A DNA stretch of 64,000 bases from Candidatus Obscuribacterales bacterium (GTDB lineage: Bacteria > Cyanobacteriota > Vampirovibrionia > Obscuribacterales > Obscuribacteraceae), in the NCBI GenBank assembly GCA_965228855.1, contig CBDDIJ010000003.1:928001-992000 (forward strand), in the 5' to 3' direction. Under the pieces are notes generated by a model. That model worked only from the letters and a program-made list of their open reading frames with translations. It did not search any database and had not been told where the DNA came from. A program made the position numbers and the translations under genes. Positions 19,569-30,477 of this stretch are shown piece after piece. Numbering within the stretch: position 1 is the stretch's first letter; every line of letters starts with the position of its first letter.

Positions 19569-22298
19569 TTAGTTCGACTTCAAAATATCGAGTTGCGCGT
19601 TGATGCTGGCGATTTGCTTCTCGATATCAGCGAGAGCTGCTTCCTGCTCTTCGACCTTTTCTTTTGGTGCGCGAGCACGGAAGCTTTCGTTGCTGAGCTG
19701 ACCTTTGACGCGTTCGCGTTCTTTTTCTTTGGCGCCAATGCGCTGATTGAGTTTATCGCGAGTCTTGTCGACGTCGATCAGTTTATCGAGCGGGATGTAC
19801 ACGGTCGTGTCTGAGATCATCTCGAAGGCGGCTTTGCCAGCTGGTTTCTCCGCGCTGATTGTAACCGGGTTCGCGTTTGCCAAACGTTTAATTGCATCGA
19901 CGTTTTTCGAGAGCAATTCTTTTTCGCTATCGTTTTTCACGACGATAACCGCTTCTGCTTCGGCTTTGGCGGCAACGTCGAATGTTTGTCTGATGTTTCT
20001 GATCGAACGGATTACGCGAATCAGGTATTCCATTTGAGCGTCTGCTTCTTTGTCGGTGAAGTCCGGATTGCCTGATGGATAGGGCGCAAACATGATCGAG
20101 TCGATCTCTTTGAACGATAGAGATTTCGGCAGGTACGACCAGAGTTCTTCGGTGACGAACGGCATAATCGGATGCAGCGCGCGCATGAGACCTTCGAAGA
20201 TGGTGTAGAGAACGGTCTTTGTTTGCCCGCCCGCTTCGCCTTCTTGAGCAATCTGAATCTTTGCTATTTCAAGATACCAGTCGCAGAATTGATCCCAGAT
20301 GAATTCGTAGAGATCGCGAGCGACGTCGTCGAAGTCGTAGTTGTTCAAACTGTTTTGCAGTTTTTCCAACATCGAATTGTATTTGAACAGAATCCAGCGA
20401 TCGGCCAGTGTCAGCGATTTTTGATCGATGCCGCGCGGCTCGTAGCCGTCGAGTTGGTTGAGTACCAATTTGCCGGCGTTCCATAGTTTGTTGACGAAAC
20501 GCTTGTACTCTTCCAGTTTTTCCTCACGGAAGCGAACATCTTGATCGCCTTTGACGCCCATCGAGCAGAACCAGAATCGGTTAGCATCAGCGCCATACTT
20601 ATCTATCATATCCAATGGATCGATAGCGTTGCCTTTGGACTTGGACATCCGCTTACCATCGTGGGTTTGGATGACCGGGTGAATCAGCACGTGTTTGAAC
20701 GGAATGGTGCCGACGAATTTCAAACTCATGAAAATCATGCGTGCAACCCAGAGGTTGATAATTTCACGAGCGGTCGAGAGGACTGTTGTCGGATAGAAGA
20801 ATTTCATTTCCTTCGTGTTGTCTGGCCAGCCGAGAGTGGCGAACGGCCAGAGTGCCGAGCTGAACCATGTGTCGAGTACGTCCTCGTCTTGTTTCAGTTT
20901 TTCATCTCCGCACTTCTCGCATTTTGTCGGCGGTTCTTCGAAGGCGGCTTCATGTCCGCATGCTTCGCAGGTCCAGACCGGGATGCGGTGACCCCACCAG
21001 AGTTGTCGGCTGATGTTCCAGTCGCGAATGTTTCTCATCCAATCAAGATAAGTTGATGCGTAACGACCGGGGATAAACTGAATGCGATCTTCCTCAACTG
21101 ACTTGATTGCCGGCTCTGCGAGTTCCTTCATCTTCAGATACCACTGCTCTGAAAGATAGGGTTCGATAACAGTCGCGCACCGCTCGCAGTGCCCTACGCC
21201 GTGAGTGTAGTCGCGGGTTTCTTCAAGTAATTCCTTCTCGGTAAGCTCTGCGATTGCTGCTTCGCGGACCTTAAAACGATCGAGTCCCTGGAATTGTGCG
21301 GGCACGAATTCGTTTTTCATCAACTTGCCGTGTTCGTCGATAGCGACTGGACTGTCGAGTTTGTGACGCTGACCGACTTCCCAGTCGTTGGCATCGTGAG
21401 CCGGCGTGATCTTCAAGGCTCCTGTACCAAATTCTCGATCTACATATTGATCTTCGATTACTGGAATTACGCGATCGGTGAGCGGTAGTTTTACATTTTT
21501 GCCGACGAACTTCTTATAGCGATCGTCTTTAGGGTGAACGGCAACGGCGACGTCTCCGAAGAGCGACTCTGGTCGCGTAGTTGCAATGGTGATGTGGTCG
21601 CTACCGTCTTCGAGGAAATATTTGATGAGATAAAGATGACCCTTGGTATCTTTGTGTTCTACTTCGAGATCAGACAGACTCGTCAAGCAGCGTGGGCACC
21701 AGTTGGTGACGCGGTGACCGCGATAGATCAGTCCATCCTTGTAGAGAGTGACAAACGCGCGGTAGATCGCTTTGACGTAGGACTCGTCCATCGTGAAGGC
21801 GACGCGCCCCCAAGTGAAGCTGACGCCGAGACGTTTGTATTGGACCATGATCTGGTCGCCGTATTGTTTGCGCCATTTCCAGACCTGTTCGATGAATGCT
21901 TCGCGACCCATCTCGTGACGCGAGAAAGGTTTCTTCACCTCGGCGGTTTTCATCTTCTCGTCGTGCTCTTTGCGCAGCTGGCGCTCTACTACCATCTGCG
22001 CGGAGATGCCGGCGTGGTCTGTACCTGGCTGCCAGAGGACGTTATAGCCCTGCATCCGTTTCAATCTGATCAAAATGTCTTGCAGGGTGCCGTTGAGCGC
22101 GTGACCCATGTGCAGATTGCCGGTGATATTGGGCGGTGGAAGCGCTATAGAAAAACGCGGCTTGTCCGGATCCATCTCAAGCTCGAACACGTAACTGTCG
22201 AACCAGTATTGAGTCCATTTCGCCTCGATTTCCTTGGGCGCGTAAGGACCGCTTTTCAGCTCTTCCTGCATTCCTTTTTGTGTGCTCGCTTGTGTCAT
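19569..22298 (-). CDS. valS: Valine--tRNA ligase
   Basis: PPPNITGNLHMGH, DHAGI, ISRQLWWGH, DVLDTWFSS, RMSKS, C-terminal coiled coil. Confidence 0.97.
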   Translation of the reverse strand: MTQASTQKGMQEELKSGPYAPKEIEAKWTQYWFDSYVFELEMDPDKPRFSIALPPPNITGNLHMGHALNGTLQDILIRLKRMQGYNVLWQPGTDHAGISAQMVVERQLRKEHDEKMKTAEVKKPFSRHEMGREAFIEQVWKWRKQYGDQIMVQYKRLGVSFTWGRVAFTMDESYVKAIYRAFVTLYKDGLIYRGHRVTNWCPRCLTSLSDLEVEHKDTKGHLYLIKYFLEDGSDHITIATTRPESLFGDVAVAVHPKDDRYKKFVGKNVKLPLTDRVIPVIEDQYVDREFGTGALKITPAHDANDWEVGQRHKLDSPVAIDEHGKLMKNEFVPAQFQGLDRFKVREAAIAELTEKELLEETRDYTHGVGHCERCATVIEPYLSEQWYLKMKELAEPAIKSVEEDRIQFIPGRYASTYLDWMRNIRDWNISRQLWWGHRIPVWTCEACGHEAAFEEPPTKCEKCGDEKLKQDEDVLDTWFSSALWPFATLGWPDNTKEMKFFYPTTVLSTAREIINLWVARMIFMSLKFVGTIPFKHVLIHPVIQTHDGKRMSKSKGNAIDPLDMIDKYGADANRFWFCSMGVKGDQDVRFREEKLEEYKRFVNKLWNAGKLVLNQLDGYEPRGIDQKSLTLADRWILFKYNSMLEKLQNSLNNYDFDDVARDLYEFIWDQFCDWYLEIAKIQIAQEGEAGGQTKTVLYTIFEGLMRALHPIMPFVTEELWSYLPKSLSFKEIDSIMFAPYPSGNPDFTDKEADAQMEYLIRVIRSIRNIRQTFDVAAKAEAEAVIVVKNDSEKELLSKNVDAIKRLANANPVTISAEKPAGKAAFEMISDTTVYIPLDKLIDVDKTRDKLNQRIGAKEKERERVKGQLSNESFRARAPKEKVEEQEAALADIEKQIASINAQLDILKSN

Positions 22299-22651
22299 GG
22301 GTGAATACTTTCTTGAATTGGGCCTGTGATGTCTGGTTGTAACCGATTTCAAGTGATGAGTGAGTTCTCACCGGAAGTTCGGATGTGAAACGACGGCGCA
22401 TTGCGGTTTTTCCGCGGACGCATCGCAATTATTGCCTTTCGTGTAGAAAGGCGCGGAAGTGGAATTATAGTAAGCTTGCCGCCCCTCGGCAACTTCGCGG
22501 GGTTTGAACACTGCGAAATATCAAGTTCTTAAACATATAAAGGAGGAATGAAGGTGTCTGATGCTAGAATCAGCCTCGTCTCGTCGGGTAAAAGTGCTTG
22601 ACTACCCGGCGCGCGTATCTGTTTAGTCGCACACTGCAGGAACTTGGTTAC

Positions 22652-23212
22652 ATGATTTCTTCGAATGATCTTAGACCGGGCGTAACAATTCAACACAACA
22701 ATGGTGTATGGGCAGTCGTTGACGCCATGCACGTGAAGCCCGGCAAAGGCTCGGCTTTCGTCAGAACCAAATTGAAGAACGTCGAAACCGGCAGCGTGCT
22801 CGAAGTAACCTTCAGAGCAGGTGAGAAAATGCCGTCCGCGATGATCGAGAAAGAGGACATGCAATACCTCTTCAAATCCGGTGACAACTTCACAATGATG
22901 AACACCGCAACATTCGAGCAAATCGAACTCGAAGAAAAATCCATCGGTGATGTTTGCGAGTTCCTGAAAGAGGGTCTGGAGGGCATTACTGTTCTCCGCT
23001 GGGATGGCAAAATCATCGGTGTTGAACTGCCGAACTCCGTCGAACTCGAAATTACCGAGTGCGCGCCGGACGAACGCGGTGATACCAGTTCTGGTGGCGG
23101 CAAACCGGCAACATTGGAAACCGGAGCGGTAATCACCGTGCCGTTCCACATCAAGATCGGCGATAGAGTCAAAGTTGACACCCGCACCCGTAAGTACGTA
23201 ACCCGAGTCTAG
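22652..23212 (+). CDS. efp: Elongation factor P
   Basis: HVKPGKGSAFVRTK, KPATLETG, KVDTR. Confidence 0.97.
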   Translation: MISSNDLRPGVTIQHNNGVWAVVDAMHVKPGKGSAFVRTKLKNVETGSVLEVTFRAGEKMPSAMIEKEDMQYLFKSGDNFTMMNTATFEQIELEEKSIGDVCEFLKEGLEGITVLRWDGKIIGVELPNSVELEITECAPDERGDTSSGGGKPATLETGAVITVPFHIKIGDRVKVDTRTRKYVTRV

Positions 23213-23221
23213 AGGTCTGAC

Positions 23222-23743
23222 GTGAAAATCGATCTGGAGCAAATTCGCGAACTTCTAACTGTGGTCAGTTCGACCGATGTCACTGAGCTGACAATCGAGT
23301 TCGGCGATCAAAAGATCACGGTCAAGAAGGCTCCGGCGGTGGTGGCACCTGCTGAGAGCAAACCGATTGTTGTAAAAACTGAACACCTCGCCCCGGTAGC
23401 GCCGCTGCCTAAACTTTCGCAGCCGGAACCGACGCCGGAGCTGCCGAAAGCGGATGCACCACCACCTCCTCCTGCCAACACCGAAAATGGCAACGGCAAC
23501 TACGTCGAAATTACTTCGCCGATGGTTGGAACGTTCTATCGTTCGCCTTCGCCTGATTCTCCTCCGTTCGTTCAAGTCGGCGACAGAGTCTCTGTCGGTC
23601 AAACCGTCTGCATCATCGAAGCGATGAAGTTGATGAACGACATGCCGGCTGAAGTCGGCGGCAAAGTTGTGAAAATTCTGGTTGAGAACGGCACGACCAT
23701 TGAGTACGGACAGCCGCTATTCCTGGTCGATCCCAAGGGTTAG
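23222..23743 (+). CDS. accB: Acetyl-CoA carboxylase biotin carboxyl carrier protein
   Basis: [16 protein letters not shown] biotinylation site, Pro/Ala linker. Confidence 0.97.
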   Translation: MKIDLEQIRELLTVVSSTDVTELTIEFGDQKITVKKAPAVVAPAESKPIVVKTEHLAPVAPLPKLSQPEPTPELPKADAPPPPPANTENGNGNYVEITSPMVGTFYRSPSPDSPPFVQVGDRVSVGQTVCIIEAMKLMNDMPAEVGGKVVKILVENGTTIEYGQPLFLVDPKG

Positions 23744-23746
23744 AAC

Positions 23747-25114
23747 TTGAGCAAAGTACCGAACATCGAAAAGGTATTGATTGCGAACCGGGGTGAAATC
23801 GCCCTCCGCGTCATTCGCGCTTGCCGCGAACTCGGAATCAGAACGGTCGCGGTCTACTCCAAGGCTGACGCGGATTCGCTCCACGTCAAGCTTGCCGACG
23901 AGAGCTTCTGCATCGGGCCACCGCCTTTGCAGCGCAGCTATCTCCACATCCCGGCGCTGATCAGCACCGCTGTCGTCACTGGCGCGGACGCTGTGCATCC
24001 CGGTTATGGTTTCCTCTCGGAGAACGCTAACTTCGCGGACATCTGCGCTGACCACAGGATCAAATTCATCGGTCCGAGCGTTTACGCGATGACCTCCATG
24101 GGCGACAAAGCGTCGGCTCGCGAAACGATGAAGAAGGCGGGCGTTCCGACCGTTCCTGGAAGCGATGGTTTGATCGAAAGCGAAGCTGAAGCCTTTAAAC
24201 TGGCTGAAGAGATTGGTTTCCCTGTCATCATCAAAGCTACAGCTGGTGGGGGCGGACGCGGTATGCGAATCGCCACCAATCAGGGGCAGCTGGCAAGCGC
24301 GATCACCATGGCTAGAAGTGAAGCTGCGGCCGCGTTTGGCGATGGTGGCGTTTATATCGAAAAATATTTGAAACCTATACGCCACGTTGAAATTCAAGTT
24401 CTTGCGGACAGTCACGGCAACTGCATCCACCTCGGTGAGCGCGATTGTTCAGTTCAAAGACGTCACCAGAAGCTCATCGAAGAGGCGCCGAGTCCGGCTC
24501 TGACTCCTGAGTTGCGAGAACAGATGGGGCGTGCCGCCGTGCTTGCTGCAAAGGCGATCAACTACGAAGGCGTGGGCACTGTCGAGTTTATCCTTGCCGG
24601 CGACAAGTTCTACTTCATGGAGATGAACACGCGTATTCAGGTCGAGCATCCTGTTACCGAAATGATCACCGGAGTCGATCTCATCAAGGAGCAACTTTTT
24701 GTTGCAGGCGGTGAAAAGCTCACGTTGAAACAAGAAGATATAAAGTTCAATGGTCATGCCATTGAATGCCGTATCAACGCTGAAGATTCGGAGCGCAATT
24801 TCTTGCCGTCGCCGGGTCGCGTCGATGCGTATATCGCACCGGGCGGTCCTGGAGTGCGGATTGACAGCCACTGTTATCCGGGTTACAGCATTCCACCGTT
24901 CTACGATTCTCTGATGGGCAAACTGATTGTCTGGGGTAAGAATCGTGATGAAGCTATCGATCGCATGCTGAGAGCGCTCGATGAATACGCAATAACCGGT
25001 GTCAAAACTACGATTCCGTTTCACCAGAAAGTTTTGAATCACGCCGTTTTCCGGCAAGGAGAAGTCAGTACCGACTTCATCGAAAAATACATGACCCCGG
25101 CTAAGGTCAAATAG
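23747..25114 (+). CDS. accC: Acetyl-CoA carboxylase biotin carboxylase
   Basis: [34 protein letters not shown]. Confidence 0.97.
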   Translation: MSKVPNIEKVLIANRGEIALRVIRACRELGIRTVAVYSKADADSLHVKLADESFCIGPPPLQRSYLHIPALISTAVVTGADAVHPGYGFLSENANFADICADHRIKFIGPSVYAMTSMGDKASARETMKKAGVPTVPGSDGLIESEAEAFKLAEEIGFPVIIKATAGGGGRGMRIATNQGQLASAITMARSEAAAAFGDGGVYIEKYLKPIRHVEIQVLADSHGNCIHLGERDCSVQRRHQKLIEEAPSPALTPELREQMGRAAVLAAKAINYEGVGTVEFILAGDKFYFMEMNTRIQVEHPVTEMITGVDLIKEQLFVAGGEKLTLKQEDIKFNGHAIECRINAEDSERNFLPSPGRVDAYIAPGGPGVRIDSHCYPGYSIPPFYDSLMGKLIVWGKNRDEAIDRMLRALDEYAITGVKTTIPFHQKVLNHAVFRQGEVSTDFIEKYMTPAKVK

Positions 25115-25165
25115 ACTTTACCGGTTTCCCGAGACCTGTTATAAAGAAACCAACGTCTCGGATGT

Positions 25166-25237
25166 GGCTCCATAGCTCAATGGTGGAGCGAGCGACTCAT
25201 AATCGCCAGGTTACAGGTTCGAATCCTGTTGGAGCCA
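25166..25237 (+). tRNA. tRNA with CAU anticodon, non-initiator (Met or Ile2)
   Basis: GGCTCCA/TGGAGCC acceptor stem, GCGA-CTCATAA-TCGC anticodon arm, GGTTCGAATCC. G1-C72 is paired and there is no triple G-C in the anticodon stem, so it is not fMet. Confidence 0.93.
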
Positions 25238-25396
25238 CTCTTTCAAAACTTAAACAGCTTACAGCATTAGCGCGTAGCCAGAGAGACCGCTGCTCTTGCT
25301 GCTAGTTTTAGCGCAACCTTTTCGGTGGTGGAGTGTATCGATTAGTACTGCGGTCCGGTCTTGAGGATAGACGGGAAAAGGAATCTCTTAGACGTG

Positions 25397-25636
25397 ATGA
25401 ACATAAACTGGAGGCGCTTCTTGCCTCCGAAAGAAGATAAGAAGAAGTGGCGCACGTTCTGGTTCGTCGCCATCGGTTTAAAACTTGTGGTGAAAGTAAT
25501 CGTGATTGTCTCTGCTCTTTGGATTGGGCAGTCTATGCATGAAAGCGCCGCTGGATTAACCCACAAATCTCAAGCAGCGGTGATTGATTCAATGCCATCA
25601 TATTCGATACCAAAGCATGTAGCAGTTTCCTCGTAG
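25397..25636 (+). CDS. Small single-pass membrane protein
   Basis: Basic N-terminus followed by hydrophobic FWFVAIGLKLVVKVIVIVSALWIG. Confidence 0.55.
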   Translation: MNINWRRFLPPKEDKKKWRTFWFVAIGLKLVVKVIVIVSALWIGQSMHESAAGLTHKSQAAVIDSMPSYSIPKHVAVSS

Positions 25637-25996
25637 AAGAAACAGTTTGAAACTCGCAAAATAGCACGCCGCGCTCGCGTTAGTATCGTATGTGGTGCCC
25701 AGCAGAGTTCCTTAGTTGCGGAAGGTCCTATATTCCGCAGCCTTTTGTTTTGCCGTAACCAGGAGGCGCTGATTGCGATCGATGTACCTGGTTCGTTGTT
25801 TGGGAATCGATTTAATGCTTAAGGCTTCACTAAAATCATACGTCAAGAGGGCGAAATCGCTGGTACCAACCTCATCTTGGGCAACTTTGCAAAAAAATGT
25901 GGTTTTAAACTGACCTTAACCTCAGATCGGAGAGGATGGTAGCAACGAAAGAGAAGAAGCAAAGAATCAGACATCAGAAATCAAAAGGAAAGGGTC

Positions 25997-26110
25997 ATGG
26001 GTTATATAGAAGGTTTATTCATCGTTGCGGTCGCTACAGCGCTCTCCGTGTGGATTAACGATAAATTCGATATTGGCGGCGATTACGTCGAAATTACGCC
26101 CGAAGCCTAA
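25997..26110 (+). CDS. 37-aa membrane microprotein MGYIEGLFIVAVATALSVWINDKFDIGGDYVEITPEA
   Basis: AAGGAAAGG RBS, one hydrophobic helix, followed by a terminator; below the ORF-track cutoff. Confidence 0.55.
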   Translation: MGYIEGLFIVAVATALSVWINDKFDIGGDYVEITPEA

Positions 26111-26133
26111 GCTTTAACCAAAATTGGGATCAG

Positions 26134-26177
26134 AACTCTTGCGTGCTAGTCTGTTGTGACGAACGCAAGAGTTTTTT
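26134..26177 (+). terminator. Intrinsic terminator
   Basis: AACTCTTGCGT/ACGCAAGAGTT stem followed by a T run. Confidence 0.65.
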
Positions 26178-26196
26178 GTCTAGACCCGCCGAATCC

Positions 26197-26314
26197 AACC
26201 TAGCAACCCGGAACCTAGCGACCCGGAACCTAGCAACCCGAAACATCGCAACCCGAAACCTAGCAACCCGAAATCCTAGCAACCCGAAACCTAGCAACAT
26301 AGCAACCTGGCAAC
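26197..26314. repeat. 15-bp tandem repeat (AACCTAGCAACCCGR x about 7)
   Basis: Read directly; one unit has a 1-nt insertion. Confidence 0.9.
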
Positions 26315-26569
26315 ATACCTACCCACCTAGCAATTTACATACGACCCACCAAGTCTCAAGCGAACTCCTTTATTCAGTTCCCCTATTAAGGGAAAGGACT
26401 GCTCTTGGAGACTTGACTCGATAACGTCGTGCGGGCGGGCTTTTCGGAGGTATCTGATTTGAGAAGCACATCCTTGAAGCTCGAAACCTAACAAAACCGT
26501 ATCACCCATTAAGGGAACCAACCTAAGATGGCGCAGCGAGATATCTTACCCTTCGAACCGAGATGGCTT

Positions 26570-26629
26570 GCGAGAGCAGTCGTCTCGGAGGGGTCAGCGA
26601 GAGCAGTCGTCTCGGAGGGCTCAGCGAGA
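26570..26629. repeat. 27-bp direct repeat x2 (GCGAGAGCAGTCGTCTCGGAGGGSTCA)
   Basis: Read directly. Confidence 0.85.
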
Positions 26630-26663
26630 TGTTCACGTTAAATTCGAGACGAGCAAACCTAAT

Positions 26664-26691
26664 GTTTCTAAACCGATATCGGTTTAAGAAC
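26664..26691. repeat. Extragenic palindrome, TAAACCGATATCGGTTTA core, copy 1
   Basis: Perfect 18-bp palindrome at 26669-26686; same core at 56122, 60135 and 60203. Confidence 0.85.
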
Positions 26692-26711
26692 TGTTCGCCT
26701 AGTTGTTGAGC

Positions 26712-27137
26712 TCATTTTTGACCGGTAGCGTTGACTAGCGTGTCTGTGATTGTTTCGCGCAGGACCTGGCTTGCATCCTCAACTTCGGTCGTGAGGGCTT
26801 TTGCTTTGTCTTGACATTGTTGAAGTTTGATCTCGGCTCTCTCGAGAAATTTGTCGTCGGGGCGGCCGCGGGACTTTGAGTACGCCTGATCTACAGCACG
26901 CAGTTGTAGCAATGCTTTTCGAAGATCCTTTTCAATTTCTCTAGAATACCTGGCGGATTCGAGGATATAAAAACCGGTGCTGCCCTGACCAACTCGTAAA
27001 TTCAAAACCATTTTTTCTGCTCGGTCAGTTGACGGACCGCCAGCGTGTCCGGCGAGCGGCGCCGCCAGGCAAATGCCAAGCGCGATTGCGAGGTTTCTTT
27101 TAAACGATTTTGATCCCAACATTCTTCTGTCGCCCAT
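26712..27137 (-). CDS. Secreted helical hypothetical protein
   Basis: Signal peptide and coiled-coil-like body. Confidence 0.7.
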   Translation of the reverse strand: MGDRRMLGSKSFKRNLAIALGICLAAPLAGHAGGPSTDRAEKMVLNLRVGQGSTGFYILESARYSREIEKDLRKALLQLRAVDQAYSKSRGRPDDKFLERAEIKLQQCQDKAKALTTEVEDASQVLRETITDTLVNATGQK

Positions 27138-27256
27138 TCCTATTGACCTTTATGGTTCGAAGCCGGCACCTTGAGTGGGTGCGCTTCCCATGCTATCAAT
27201 TTACGCGTCGATTTTTGCCGGATGAACAATTTACAAGGTTCGCCGCGTGCAAGATA

Positions 27257-28912
27257 ATGTCTTCCGTAAAACTGTCGGCATCTAAAATGCGCTTATCAAG
27301 ACCTTCTTCCTCTTATACGAAACCGTTTGCAGCGGTATCACTTGTTGCGCACTCGCTTCGGGAAGTAGCGGGAGCACCAGTTGCTTGCTCGCTACGGGTC
27401 GCGGCGGGAGCACTAGTTGCTTGCTCGCCATGGGTTGCAGCGGTAGCACTAGTCACGTGCTCGCGTCAGGTTGTAGCGGGAGCACCAGTTGCATGCTCTA
27501 CTCGGGCTGCAGCGGTAGCGTTTTTGATGGCGTTTTTGCTTCACTCTCTTCCGGCTTCGGCCGACGTCGGTTGGTCCGGTTTAGGGACGATGGCTGCGGC
27601 GGGATTCAGCGAAGGTACAAGCGGCTCAGCATCTGACTCAAATCTCTCAAAGGGAGCAGGCTCGAGTTCTGCACCGTCCGGCACAAGGGCTGGGAAAGGA
27701 CCTGATCAGGGGTTCGAATTCGGCGCACCGGCGTCAATTGAATCAAATAAGGCTCCGGCCAGTCCGTATGGGTTTAGCGCACAATTCGACTCGATGAGCA
27801 GCCAAGATCTTCTGGCTTCTGGTCTGGATTTTGCGCAGCGCGGATTTTTGGAAGAGGCAATCATGAGGTTTAAAGTCGTGCTGGAGCGCGACCCTAACAA
27901 CTTGTCTGCGCGTAACAATATCGCGGTTTGTCACAAGAGGCGGGGTGAAACCGACCAGGCCATCGAGCATTTGAAGAAGGCTGTTGAGCTGCGACCGGAC
28001 CAGGCAGAACTCTATAACAATCTGGCGACGGCATATCTGGCTGCCGGACAATTCGACAATGCGCTTAATGCCAGCTACAAAGCGTTGCACCTACGACCGG
28101 TCTTTGCAGCGGCTCAATATAATCTCGGGCATCTCCTCGCCTTGCGCGGTGATCACGAGAATGCGGTAACCGCGTTTCAGAGTGCCATCAAAGCCAATCC
28201 CGGTGATAGCCTGTATCATCGTGACTTAGGCGACAGTCTGCGTGCTCTCGCGCGACATGAAGAGGCGTTGGTCGAATATGAGACTGCGATCCGAGAGGGC
28301 GACAAATCCTCAGAGGCGAAATTTCGGGTAGCAAAAACACTCGAAGCACTCAACAGATTGGACGAAGCCCGCACGACCTTGAATGAATTAGTCGATGCCC
28401 ATCCTCGGGATACTGACTATTTGAACGCTCTGGGAGTGGTTTTGTGGAAATCGCATCATCTGGCTGAATCTGTTTTTGTCCTTGAGAAGGCGCTCAAAAT
28501 CGAGCCTAACTTCTATCGAGCACGCAACAATTTAGGCATAGCTCTCTACGATTTGAAGCGTTACGACGAGGCTATCGAGGTTTGGCGTCAGGCCTTATTA
28601 ATCAAACCTGATTATGCGCCGGCGCACTACAACCTTGCTACGGCCATGCTTCGCGTCGGGTTGGCGCAACAGGCGGCTGATGCGTTTCGGCGCTGTGTCG
28701 ATGTAAATCCCGACGACGCGCTTGCTCACAACAATCTAGGTCTGGCTCTGATGAGTCTTGGCGAGTCTGACGAGGCTATAGAGGAGTGGCGGAGCGCGAT
28801 CAAACTCAATCCGGATCTGGCGCAGGCATACATCAACATCGGCAAAGCCTTGCACGCTCGAGGTTCTGCTAAACCTCTCGACTTTGATTCTGTCGCAAGA
28901 CCCGATAGTTAA
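27257..28912 (+). CDS. Tetratricopeptide repeat protein
   Basis: About 10 TPR units (e.g. ARNNLGIALYDLKRYDEAIEVWRQALLIKPDY); start uncertain; 12-aa repeats in the N-terminal region. Confidence 0.9.
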   Translation: MSSVKLSASKMRLSRPSSSYTKPFAAVSLVAHSLREVAGAPVACSLRVAAGALVACSPWVAAVALVTCSRQVVAGAPVACSTRAAAVAFLMAFLLHSLPASADVGWSGLGTMAAAGFSEGTSGSASDSNLSKGAGSSSAPSGTRAGKGPDQGFEFGAPASIESNKAPASPYGFSAQFDSMSSQDLLASGLDFAQRGFLEEAIMRFKVVLERDPNNLSARNNIAVCHKRRGETDQAIEHLKKAVELRPDQAELYNNLATAYLAAGQFDNALNASYKALHLRPVFAAAQYNLGHLLALRGDHENAVTAFQSAIKANPGDSLYHRDLGDSLRALARHEEALVEYETAIREGDKSSEAKFRVAKTLEALNRLDEARTTLNELVDAHPRDTDYLNALGVVLWKSHHLAESVFVLEKALKIEPNFYRARNNLGIALYDLKRYDEAIEVWRQALLIKPDYAPAHYNLATAMLRVGLAQQAADAFRRCVDVNPDDALAHNNLGLALMSLGESDEAIEEWRSAIKLNPDLAQAYINIGKALHARGSAKPLDFDSVARPDS

Positions 28913-29001
28913 CGCTCATAGCTGAGACGGAGCACATGAATGAAGACTGTCGCCTGAGCTAGAATTAGCTAACTTGCAACCTTTTGTCGAGCGGTCGAGC
29001 T

Positions 29002-29610
29002 ATGGAACCAGGTCTATTCAAGTTTGATTTCCACGCTACGGTTAATGCCGTTGGCCACGCCCTTATTGCAGTGGTATGTCGAATGTTGTTTGACTTTGCG
29101 ATGGTCGGACTGGGAATTGCTGCGATTGTCGCCACCTGCGCGTTTGTTCTCGGACAAAATAAACACAGATTTGAGAAGCCTCTTTATTCAGTGGCCAAAC
29201 GCCTTACTATGGTTTGCGCCGCGATTTCCATTCCAGGTTGGGTGCACTTCTTAGTAGCAGGACACTTCCCGGAAAGCGGCGTCTACAGCTGGTTTATTCT
29301 AGGCGATGTTGTATTGTGGAGCATGGTGACAATATATCTGTGCGCCGAAGAAATGAATCACAGCTGGTATGACAAAGGCAACACTCCAAAGGAAATAGGC
29401 GAGGTCGAACCTGAGAACGAAGTAGAGAGCAGCTCGAAACCGTTTGAACCCGCTCCGGCTACGAAGGTGGCTACCGAAGAAACTCTAGATGAGAATGTGC
29501 CGACCATTGAGACCGGAATGGAAAAGTCCGAATCTTCCACAAAAGCTTCGGAACAAGTTGGGGCAAGCGAGCATCTTTCAGAGTCGGTACGAGAACCGGC
29601 TAGCCGCTAG
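29002..29610 (+). CDS. Membrane hypothetical protein with acidic disordered tail
   Basis: About 3 hydrophobic segments, then an E/S/P-rich C-terminus. Confidence 0.65.
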   Translation: MEPGLFKFDFHATVNAVGHALIAVVCRMLFDFAMVGLGIAAIVATCAFVLGQNKHRFEKPLYSVAKRLTMVCAAISIPGWVHFLVAGHFPESGVYSWFILGDVVLWSMVTIYLCAEEMNHSWYDKGNTPKEIGEVEPENEVESSSKPFEPAPATKVATEETLDENVPTIETGMEKSESSTKASEQVGASEHLSESVREPASR

Positions 29611-29679
29611 TTAGCTATAATAGAAACAGAAACCTTCGTCAGCATGTTTAACGCTTCTCTCAAAGGATTTGTGAGCCGC

Positions 29680-30321
29680 ATGAAAAAGCAATTGGCTTTC
29701 ACGCTCGTAGTTAGCTGCTCTCTGGTATCGCCAGCGGTGGCGCAAATCCGAGGCGAAGCAGTGCCGGTACAAACATCCGTTCCGGCCGGCCAACCAGTCA
29801 ACACTGGAGTCGGTGGCGCGTACGGTTATGGTTATAATCCCTATCAAACAACCACGGGCTTCTATAATCCGAATGTAGGGAATATCAATTATCCCGCGTT
29901 CGGCACACCGGTTAACACAGGTGGCAGCTATTATCATGTCCCGAGTGGAAGCGCGAATTTACCGATGTGGAAAGCGCCATCCGGATACTACTACCCGTGG
30001 TGCCCACGTCCCACAGGTTTTGCATACGCCTATCCGATGCCGGTTCTTGTGATCGAAAATAGAACGCAGCCTGCGCCCGCGCTGCCGCCGCTGTCTACCA
30101 TGATGTCCGACATGGAAAAGTTTCTCGGTGATTCTAAAAAGGACGGCAAAATCACTGACCGTGATTACACTAACATGTTGCAGCGCGTCAAAGATTTGAA
30201 GTCCAAGGAGCGCACCATGCGCATCGCCGCTGGTGGAACACTCGATCCTGGCGATGAAACGCAGTTGCGAGCCGACCTGGATAAGGTCGGCAGCGAATTG
30301 ACCTGGAGGCTCAACAGGTAA
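29680..30321 (+). CDS. Secreted hypothetical protein (Tyr/Pro/Gly-rich N-half, helical C-half)
   Basis: MKKQLAFTLVVSCSLVSPAVAQ signal peptide. Confidence 0.7.
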   Translation: MKKQLAFTLVVSCSLVSPAVAQIRGEAVPVQTSVPAGQPVNTGVGGAYGYGYNPYQTTTGFYNPNVGNINYPAFGTPVNTGGSYYHVPSGSANLPMWKAPSGYYYPWCPRPTGFAYAYPMPVLVIENRTQPAPALPPLSTMMSDMEKFLGDSKKDGKITDRDYTNMLQRVKDLKSKERTMRIAAGGTLDPGDETQLRADLDKVGSELTWRLNR

Positions 30322-30477
30322 GGCTCGACGCTTAATCGCCAGAAGTAAAATCGGAACGCTAAGACCATGCGCGCGCCCGATGTCGGTTTTAAGTACCCGA
30401 ATCCGCTCCTGCTAAATTTCAGAAACGGTGAGTATTAGCTGTGAGACAATACTGTTCGCTTGAAATTGGAGGATGTT

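Noticed and set aside
20630..20655. ValRS RMSKS instead of KMSKS
   Set aside because: A conservative change at the variable first position; the catalytic second Lys is intact.
26143..26630. Repeats as a possible CRISPR array, or NLATR-repeat protein 26143-26424
   Set aside because: Units are contiguous with no unique spacers and no cas genes are present. The ORF starts inside a terminator and the repeat changes frame.
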